From NCBI RefSeq assembly GCF_009834535.1, contig NC_045697.1:90522001-90586000 (forward strand): a DNA stretch of 64,000 nt, in the 5' to 3' direction. Each line of letters begins with the position of its first letter. Position 1 is the stretch's first letter. A program made the position numbers and the translations under genes. The stretch comes from Camelus ferus (Eukaryota). The notes beneath the pieces were generated by a model. That model saw nothing but the letters and a program-made list of their open reading frames with translations. It was not told where the DNA came from and did not search any database. Positions 54,103-64,000 of the stretch are shown in pieces.

Positions 54103-54894
54103 GTGAGTGTCTTCTTGACCGTGCAAAGGAAAGAAGTAAGGACTTTTCGTAGTTTTCCAAGTGAATGATAAGCACTTTCCTCAGTCATTCTGTGTCTTTG
54201 TTGTTTTTGTATGTCTCTTACACACAACAATCTTCTAATTGACAAGCTCAGTGAGTCCATTTATAGAGATGACTGAAATAACTGAATTTGTTTCCTCTAC
54301 TTTAAAATTTTCTTTTTGAACTGCTTTTTCCATGTTAGTTTTAACCCATGTATTATTATTATTCTTGCTGTAGATGCTTCTATCTTTTTAGGGATTACTC
54401 TTAAAATTTTATCATGATATTTGTCTTAACAGATTGTAAAGTAAAACACTGTCTTAACCCCCTTTGAAAATAATTCAAGACCCTTAGTATACCTTAACTC
54501 CATTTCTCTCCTCTTCACCTGCATGCCATTGTCATCAATATTTTAGTGCTGTCATTTTTTAAAATTCTGTAAATTGGGCATAATTATTACTAATAGTACT
54601 ACTTATTATTATAATACTTTATAATATTATAAAATATACAAAGTATATATCATAAAGTGTATATTTTATATCATTGCATACAGTTGAATCGTCTTTAAAT
54701 TTACATGTATGCTTACCATTTTTTCACTATTCTTACATCTCAGACTGTCCTCATTCGATCATTTTTCTTCTTCTTAAAACATATATGTAAGTCATTGTTT
54801 TTTAGTAAAAATAAGATAAAAAATTACTTTTGTTGTTATTTATCTGATGATGTCTTTTTCACCCTTTTTGAAAGGTAGCTTTATAATGTTGCAT

Positions 54895-55280
54895 TGTGAG
54901 ACTAGGCCAGTCGCTATAACAAACAATCCTGTCTCAGTGGCTTAACATAATAAAAGGTTATTTCTCATTTCAATGTCTGTGTTCCTGGTCAATTGGCTCA
55001 GTGATGTGAGTCCTTCATCCCCTGGTTCCATTATTCCCAAGGGTTTCAGAGTCCTCTCTCGGATCTTCTGCATCTAGTTGTCCGGTGAGGGAAGAGAGAA
55101 AGCATGCAGTATCACAAGGGACATTTCAGAGACTTGGCTTAAAAGTAAGAACATCACTCTGCTCATGTTCCAGTGCCTGGAACTAGCTATATGGTCTCTC
55201 CCAATGCAAGGAGGTGAGAAATGTCGTCTTCCTGTGTGGCCAGAAAGAAGATGAAGTCAACACATGGCATTGCTTATGCC
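54895..55280 (-). mobile_element. Old MLT1-type LTR
   Basis: TATAACAAACAATCC, TCTCAGTGGCTTAACATAATAAAAGGTTATTTCTCA, CATCACTCTGCTCATGTTCCA...GGAACTAG. Confidence 0.65.
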
Positions 55281-58200
55281 AACTAGGTAGAAAGTTGTTT
55301 TCTCTAATCTGTTTGCAGATAGTATTTCTTTGTATTCTGACTTCCATAATTGCTGTTACTGAGTCTACTGTCAGTCATTCCTTTTTAAGGAATCTTCTAT
55401 TTTCTTTGTTCAGGTTCTTGCTTCTGCTCTGTCCAAACTGTCTTTTAACCTCTCCATGGTGTTTTTTGGTTTAAACAGTCATATTTTTATTTTTAGAAGT
55501 TCCTGAAAAGTTTTTAACTAATCTACATGCAAATCTGCTGTGCTAGTCCTGATCGTCTCTTGTTGCTCACTTGTCTTAGTGATTCTGTACTTTATTTCTC
55601 TAAGCACTTCATACATAGCTCTTCTCTATTCTACATCTTCCCATTCCAGTATCTCTAAGGCCTGGTGGAGACTCTGGCTTGTGGTGCTTGCCTTCTTACA
55701 TCCTTCGGTATCGAGTGAACTTACTGCTTGATTTTATCTTTGTGAGTCCCTTGGTTCTAAGTGGGGAATGCCTTCTTCCAAAGAGAATTTGCCACTTCTG
55801 CTTGTCACAGAGCTAGGGCACTTCAGCCTTACTCGAGGGTCTGGGTTTAACACAGCCTTACTTAGGGGTCCTAGGCTTAGCTCACCTACCTAACCACTAG
55901 CCCAGTGCTCAGTGTCCTTACTGAAGCTATTGTAGGTGTCAGCCCTCAAGACCACTTGCCTGTCCTTCTGCCCACTAACCACTCCCTGCTGAGGCCCAGC
56001 TTGCCTTGCAGTGCTACGGAAGGGAGTTGGAAGGATACGGAAATGATGTCCCTGGAAACCTCTCTACTTCTATATCCAGCAATTCAGCAAGTATATTTTG
56101 GCCATGAATCTTGTAGTTTTACAGCACAAAGTTGTCTCAAAGCATCTAGTTTATCATGATGCTTTGAGCAGAAGTGAGATCTGAAAAGTTTTTACTTAAC
56201 ATACATTTCTTTGCTTTTGAAATCCTTGCAGCCTATGTTCTCAATGCCAAGGCCATTTAATCCAAAGGATGTATTTCCATCGATAGCTTCTTCATAGATC
56301 AAAATTTAGTCAGTAACTGACATGGAAAAGAAAGGACTTACTTATATATATTTTTGTAATTTTCTGTGTTCTGAAAAAAGACGTGGGGACCTAGAGTTAA
56401 TAATTGTAATTTCTTGCATGTGTTACTAGTCCTTTATGTCTTTAAAACAAATGAGGAATTTAACCATTTGTTATATAAGACACACAGCACATTTCTGGGA
56501 TAGCACCCTGAGTCTGTCTGGGTCGTCTCGGGGTAGGATAGCACTGAGGCCTTTTGTCACCCTTGCCTTTCTTTCCATGGGAAACTGTGTAGATGTTTCT
56601 CAGATGAACAGGTTTCTGTCTGTTGACAGCCCTGTATCAACACTGTAGTTAGGAGAGCCTTTTTATTCTTATTGTACAGAGTGGAAGCTGCTGCAAATGC
56701 AGGCTGCCAACAAGGGCTTAAAAATACAGCTAATTAAATGGGTTAGGAACTGTGCAGCTTGCCAGGGCTTGAATAGTGAGGCTTTCCAGGCTGGTCACTG
56801 CAGAGCTTGGAATAGACTCTCTCAAATGACCTCTGTACTGGTATTACTTGTTTTACAATTAAATGGCGTAGGGTCATTTTGTTTCCGTGTGAGTTACGTA
56901 TTTAATAACTGCTTGTTTCCTTCAAGTTACAAGATTTGGAAATTTCAAAAAATGAATCAAAGAGTAAGTGGTGTTTGTTTAAAGTGGTGTTTGGTATTTG
57001 GCTAAATACAGTAAGTATCTGCCAGTTAAGGTTTAAATTTATTAAGTAGACATAACAGATCTTAACTGATCTCTGACTTAATTTTTAATGATAAAATGTT
57101 TTGTAACTGTTTTTACACTAGAAGTATTGCCAGAAGAGAGAATTTGGCCAGCATATTGCATAGCAATTTTCATATATTCAATGTGCTTAAAAAGAATAAA
57201 AAACAGATGTATCCAGATAATAATAAATATCATTATTTCTTTTTGTCCTAACGTAAAAGTTGCCAAGACATGGACTCCAAGTCACATAATTATTTCTTGT
57301 AAAGAGAGACCAAAGCAAAGTGTAGAACACTCTTTAGAGAGAGAACCAGGGAAAAGATATACTATTTTAAGAGTTTGGGCTTTCAATAATGACTATATTA
57401 ATATTACTGGATATTGTCATTAAACAGTGTAACTGGAAGTTACTCTGAATTCTCTGTGATTTCCATCTAGAATTTTTATTTTGCCTGCTTTTAATTTGCC
57501 TTGTGAGAAAAATAGCATGTGGCTTTAAGTAACAGCAAAAAAGTGATGTGCAGAATACATCCCTTTGTGTAAAAGTTCTAGCAGTGTACTTCCTGATTTT
57601 GAAATTTATTTTATTTTGTAAAACCTATTTATTTCCTGGGAACATGCTCTTCTTGAAAATAGAAAACTATTAAGCATTTTGTGAATTACCTTATAGGTTT
57701 AATAATTTCCGTAATTTAAAATGTCTTCTCTTTCAAAGTTTGGATTCAGATTATTTTGTGTTGGGCAAACACTTTCAACTTTAAACTGAAGATTTTATAG
57801 TATCATAATAATTCTTTCTTCCTATCTGCACTAGTTTAATTTTGTACTCTCGCTTTGTAAGTTTAACTGCAGTCTTGCCTTGCGCTTAAATAAGATTTAA
57901 TGGTTTCATCAAAGATGAAGATTCTTTAGAAGTTAGTAATGAAAGTAATTAAATTTAAAGACTCCTAAAAGTTACATGTGGTGTCTGTGTAGATATGTAA
58001 CCATAGGAGATAAGAATATCTGTATAATGAAATATAATAAAATACTAGCATTTGAATTTATTGTAAAAGAGATTAAAGTTTGAAACATTGTTTGAAATTA
58101 GTTGTAATTATTTCAACTAATCAGTGTCCTACTCTGTATATATAGCCTGGCCAATTCTGACAGTCTCTAACTTGTTTTTTGGTATTTTAAATAGTAGGTA

Positions 58201-58370
58201 ATGTGTTAAAATTCCAGGCATACTTATCTCATGTTTGAATAAAACTCCTAGGGAAACTGAAAAGATGCATTTTTTTGTTCTTTTCTTAATTGAAGGTCTG
58301 AACTTGCCATGAAAACAATAGTGATTGGAAAATTTGGTAGGGGTTGACATTTCTGTTTCTTTTCGTTTAA

Positions 58371-58493
<123 letters not shown>

Positions 58494-59569
58494 TAATAAT
58501 TGATTTTTATTTAGCTTTAATTCTCTGCCTTTCAAGTTCTTTACATTGGTTCTGACAAAGAAAATACCAAGGCAGGTATCTATTATACAAATGTATTTGT
58601 AGCTGTAATGTAAATATCTATGTGGCAGATATGATATCTGCAGATATTTTGTTTCTCATGTAAGTTATTTCTTTCTAGTCATCTGTTTAAAGTGTAGGTT
58701 CTCAGTACATCTGCAGAGCTGAGTGTTTTAGTACACTTTAAACAGCAAAGTTGGACTAATGACCTATACTTTAGAATTTCTTCATGAAGGTGATATCACT
58801 GAAGCATAGCATTTAATGAGTCTGGGCTTTTCCACGTTTTTATCTTGATTATTAACTTGCTAGACAATACCTTTGTGGTTGCTAAAAATGACTGAACACT
58901 GAATTTTTCATATACTTCAGAATATTCTGTTCTTACAACAATGATAGGAAAACACACAATACTCATACACTTTAGGAAGAGTATTCAGAAGTCAGTATCA
59001 TCTGTGCAAGTTCACTCAGTGATGGATAAGCAAACTGATATCAAATGCCTTTTTGAAAGTTAAAGTACATCATAGAGTCAATTATAGAGCCTTGTATCAC
59101 ATTCCACATTGACTCATCAGGCCCTGTCTTTGAAATGCCCATAGTTAACTTATGAAAGGAGAGGGCTCAAACTCTTGTGTTTTGTTTTTGCTTTTTTTCA
59201 TAAAATAAATCTGTAAATGATAAACCATTTTTCTTCCTTAATAGTGCAACAGTTTTAGACTTTACCAAAAAAAGTTTACCTTTTTTAGAACCCCTTAATA
59301 CTGATAAAATATCAAGTTGGATTTTCTAGGCTTAACTTTTCTTTTCCCATCTTCTGGTTAAAATGACTCCTCTAGGATTTTAAAAGATAGGATCTGCAAG
59401 ACAACAGGAAAAAGAATTTCTTTGTTTTTCTAAATGAAAGTGATGTTTAACACTGGGACTTTATTAATACAGTATATATAGAAAAGATTGTTTTATTTCA
59501 GGATACTAGTAACTGAGGGTCCATTTAGTGTATAAATGCATTCATAGAAACATGTCATAGGCCTCCTTT

Positions 59570-59890
59570 TATTTTTTTAAATAGCTTTATTGAGATATAG
59601 TTTATGTATCATACAATTCACCTATTTAAAGTATACGATTCAGTGGTTTTTGTATATTCACAGATATGTGCAACCATCACCAGAGTCAATTTTACAGCAT
59701 TTTTATCCTCTCAGAGGGAAACCCTGCACCTTTTAGCTATCAATCCACCTACCCCACCCCAAGGCCTAAGCAACCACTCATCTACTTTCTCTCTATAGAT
59801 TTCCCTCTTCCGGACATTTCAGAAGAATGAAATCATACTATGTCACTATTTGTAACTAGCTTCTTTCACTTAGCATAAAGTTTTCAAGGT
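59570..59890 (-). mobile_element. L1MB-like 3' end
   Basis: AGCTTTATTGAGATATAG...CATACAATTCACCTATTTAAAGT...GCAACCATCACCA...CTTCTTTCACTTAGCAT. Confidence 0.85.
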
Positions 59891-61051
59891 GCAGGCCTCA
59901 TTTTTAATCTTATTAATAATAAAATTTGTTTTAAGTTTCTCCATGTGGATTTTATTTTATTTTTCTCAAAAGTACAGATATTTTACATGATATTTAGATC
60001 TTACTAGATAAGATATGGGTTAAACATGTGGAAAACAGTAAATGTGTATAGGAAGACTTTTTTGTGAAAGAATCAATGCAAAAATAAATATGTCAGGGAT
60101 TCCTTAGCAGTGTGTGTCCTTTGTTGCATGTTTTAAAACTACAGTGAAATTAATTATGACTACAAATGAGTCTAATATTTGTCTATGCATTTTTAAAACT
60201 TTATAAAGGCAAAAGTATAACCCTTTTGAAAAAAACCTGTTAGCAATTCATATTTAAAATCCCACACATTTATCTACTGCAGTATAGAAGTTAACACTAT
60301 ATCCTAAGAACTCAACAGATAAAGACTGACGGATGTATTTTAATTTCAACAAAGAATGTTTTTATTTTATCTTCTTCCCACCACCTCCCCACACTGTAAG
60401 AAAGAATCATTCTCTATGTTTCCATAGTTGACTATTGTATATCTCTTTAGAATGCATTCAATTTGTTTTCCAGCTTTATCGAAATATAATTGAAGTACAG
60501 GAAACTGCACACATATAAGTGTATAATTTGATCATTTTTGACATTGGAATAGACTCAGACCATCACCACCATGAATATACCTATCACTTAAAGTGTTTCC
60601 TTGAGAACACGTTTAAATCTGACATATATTTCAGTTACTTGTTTATGTATCTGTGTCCCATACTAAATGATCATCTTGTAGGCTGGAGCCACATCTTTGT
60701 TTCTTTGTAATCTCTTTTAGTAAACATGTTTATAGGTAGACAATCAGAAAAGATTTGTTAAATTAACACACTGGGATGGAAGCTTTCTTTTGAAAAAAAA
60801 TTGTATATATTCAGTAAATGTTAGCAAAAGATTTTCACCACTTTTTTGCTGTAATGGGTCTACTTTTGTTTGAACCAGAGTTTTGTGGATTTTTTTAAAA
60901 TATGTATTTCAGGTTTTTGTTGTACAATTTCTTGCCTTTTCTGTGTGGCAGTTAGGTGTATGCCAAGAAATTTGCTTATTAACACGCAGTTCTTAACTCA
61001 TACCATATGTACTCTTTTATGAATGACTGTTTATAATTTTATGACATTTAA

Positions 61052-61180
<129 letters not shown>

Positions 61181-63029
61181 TAAGTTGGGATTTTTGTTTA
61201 CTTTAAGCTCATTTCTAAAATACTGCTAACAAAATCTCATGTATTAAAATTATGACATTTCTGTCAAAAGTCAAAACCAAGCAGTTTTGCAATTTAAAGG
61301 TCTGTTGCACTAGTACAGTAGCTCCCTGTCCTTTTGGTGTGGACAGTGCAGAAAGGTGCCAGGAAGGCCCAGCTAGACCAGTTAGTAAAGGTGGGAGCTA
61401 TCAATACACTTTGGTCTGAGATGTGGCCAGTACAGAGTTCTGCTCAAACTTTTGATCGTATGATTTGGATTTTGCCTGTTTACAGTTTTTTACTTTGGCA
61501 ATTTTGTAGAATTAAGTTAGCAAAAAGGTGTTTTGCCCTAACCACCCTTGGAACACCTTTGACCAAATAATGAATACTTAACTCTAAAATGACTTCTCTA
61601 GTGGTACATCTTATATTATCATTGTCCTTCTTAACTTTTTTGCAACTATTTAGAAATACATCTTACTCTAATAGTTAGAGGTAAAAGCAGGGATGACATT
61701 TGTATATATTTGTTAGAATTGAGTTACTAAATCCAGCCCACACTCAAGGAGAGGGTAGTTAAGCTCCACATTTTGAGGGGAGGAGTTTCAAACAATTTGT
61801 GGACATGTTTTAACACCACAAGCAGGAACTTCAAAGGGTGTAGTGGAAAATTTCAAAATGTTTTACATTTTGAAGGGGTCTTTAATTTTGGACAGATCAT
61901 GAATGTGGCATTCAGAAATTGTAATGTGGGGGAATAATGGTGCTGTGACATATATGGATGACCAGCCAATGTGCATTTTTCTGTCTAAAAGGGTAATGTA
62001 ATAAACCCTGCCAGGAGACTGCCCTATACCAATGGGTTGGAATATGAAAAACTGAGTTGTTTTGAAAGTATGGGTTTATAAGAATTCGAGAATGTCCAGA
62101 ATGGGACACTTTAGAGTGTCGTGGCAGGGTAAAACAGCTGCCTTTAGACTTTTGTAGTAGCTCAAAATGCAAAAGAAAAGGCACAGATAATACAATGGTA
62201 AGATAGTGGTAGGGCGGCAGTTAGAGAGCAGAGAGGAGGGCCCAGCTAAGGAACTGAGCAGAGGCTGCTCCATCACATTCTGATGCCAGCCTCTGATGCC
62301 ACCAGCTAAATGAGTTAGGCAGATAGAGACAGTTTCCTGTAGAGGTTTTACCCTGAAGCCAAAAATAGAACTGTCACTGCTAAGCTCCGGATTGAGGTTG
62401 TGCTGGATAGGGAAAGCTCTAGCCAATTTCTTTATTACGTGGGTGGGAGTGGGGAGGGGAGTAATTCCTATCCTAGAGAACTTGGTTTGGTAAGTTAGAA
62501 TGAATTTGAAGATCCTCCTCCTCCTCTGTTCTGAGCTTCAAGTCAGAAACAGCCCTAGCCACCTCTTTACCCAGCTCTCTTACTGCTCGTGTTAACCACT
62601 CTGTACCAGATTCTTTCCCTCATTCCATCTGTTTTACATAACCATGAACGGTAGGTATTATGAGTCTCACTTGTTCAGACTGGGAAATAGAGTATTGTGA
62701 GATCATGCACAAGCACCCCCTCCATGTCATTCACGTGTCCATGTATCTCCAACATTGTGCGTGTGGTTTATAATTGAACTGGTGGCCCTGGGATTTTCCC
62801 CACATTTGTCTCAGTGCCAAAGCCTGTGCGTTTCCCTCTTCGCCACTGCCTTTTACAAGTGAGAAAAGTGCTGTCCCCCTGGAAGATAGGGTGGGGCTTA
62901 TACCCCAGGAACATGTGTTTCCAGCAGGGAGAGAGCATCCTCCTGTGATGGCTGCAGTGAACAGCGGGGATCTAAGCAGAAGACACCATGAAGTAGTGGA
63001 GACGGGAACTTGGTAGCTAAGGAGATGGA

Positions 63030-63500
63030 TGCGCCCTAGCAGGTTCTACTGCCTGTGTGTCCTTGCACAAGTTACTTCACTTCTTGAACCTGTTTACCCA
63101 TTGGTATAATGGGAATGATAAGACCTGCTTTGTAGAGTTTTACAAAGCTTCAAGGAGAAAGTGTTAAATCCATTTCTTTCTTTCCTTTCTCCTACTTTCT
63201 TTCCTTTCTCTAGCACTTAGGGATATCTTTTTGTCACAAGAGTTGGAGATTCAATTGAGATCTGGGTAATACTGGAAAGTGTCAAGAATGTAGCATTTCT
63301 TTCTGTGGGGCCTAGGTACTGCACCAACTACTTTATTTGCATTAATTTTATTTAATCCTCAAAATGAGCCTGAGAAGGGCTTAGTGATTTTGGTTCCCTT
63401 TTACACAGAAAGGAAATTGAATCCTAAAGGGGGTTAAGTGATCTCCATACAGACGTGAATAGTCAGTATGATGATTACTTGTGAATCCCGTGAAAATCTC
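63030..63500. mobile_element. Two MIR remnants in opposite orientation
   Basis: TGTGTCCTTGCACAAGTTACTTCACTTCT...TATAATGGGAATGATAA (+) and TTTAATCCTCA...TTTTACACAGAAAGGAAATTGA...GGTTAAGTGA (-). Confidence 0.6.
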
Positions 63501-63685
63501 TACTTGACCCATGCTAGAACCCCAGATCTAGACATCAAAGTCTTTAATTTGTAATGCAACCTTCCTAGCAACCATTTTACACAGCTATACTCCCAGTTAA
63601 CACACACCATTTTCACATTCATTACACATAAAATGTAAAGATGAACAGCTTCTTTTATGTCATGTATTGTTTGATTATGTTATAA

Positions 63686-63793
<108 letters not shown>

Positions 63794-64000
63794 TAAGTAC
63801 TTCTTTGAGTTGAATCTCAAGTTTTAAGTATATGCTTCCAAATCACCTTTTGCAGTTAATAGTGTTCTTTGGTTGGCAAGTTAGTTGTTTGGGGTTTTTT
63901 TCTTCTTTTTCTTATTATTTTCTCATCCTTCAAACTGGCTTTTATTTTACAGCTCTAGGCAGTTTTTCATTTGATACATTGCTTTTTCTTTTTTGGTCTC

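Noticed and set aside
53698..54168. 156-aa ORF extending either side of exon 4
   Set aside because: Only 53899-54102 is Inturned-like and bounded by splice sites; the 5' extension starts at a GTG in an L2-like tail.

Overview
Mammalian genomic DNA, most likely camelid. The evidence is several Vic-1-like tRNA-derived SINEs with TSDs and no recognisable Alu, Bov-tA/BovB, PRE-1 or CAN-SINE. The window holds about 26 kb of repeat-rich upstream sequence and the 5' part of INTU (inturned planar cell polarity protein, CPLANE complex) on the + strand. Seven coding exons (25947-26092, 35922-36460, 45869-45954, 53899-54102, 58374-58492, 61090-61179, 63715-63792) have GT-AG boundaries and splice in frame into a 1262-nt partial CDS (about 420 codons). 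They encode the acidic N-terminus, the PDZ domain and the first longin region; the gene continues past the window end. There is a CpG-containing promoter with RFX X-box, CCAAT, E-box and YY1 motifs at about 25.75-25.9 kb, and a separate larger CpG island about 8 kb upstream. Much of the rest is L1, L2, MIR, MaLR/ERV LTRs, hAT DNA transposon relics, SINEs and microsatellites. I see no new multi-gene system. The most notable items are a tailless 5S rRNA fragment retroposed with a TSD into an old L1, an in-frame strong-Kozak uORF, candidate PP1-docking motifs in INTU, tandem splice sites, and an old local inverted duplication that preserves a pre-LTR empty site. Repeat subfamily names and comparisons to human INTU or 5S rRNA are from memory, not from a database search.
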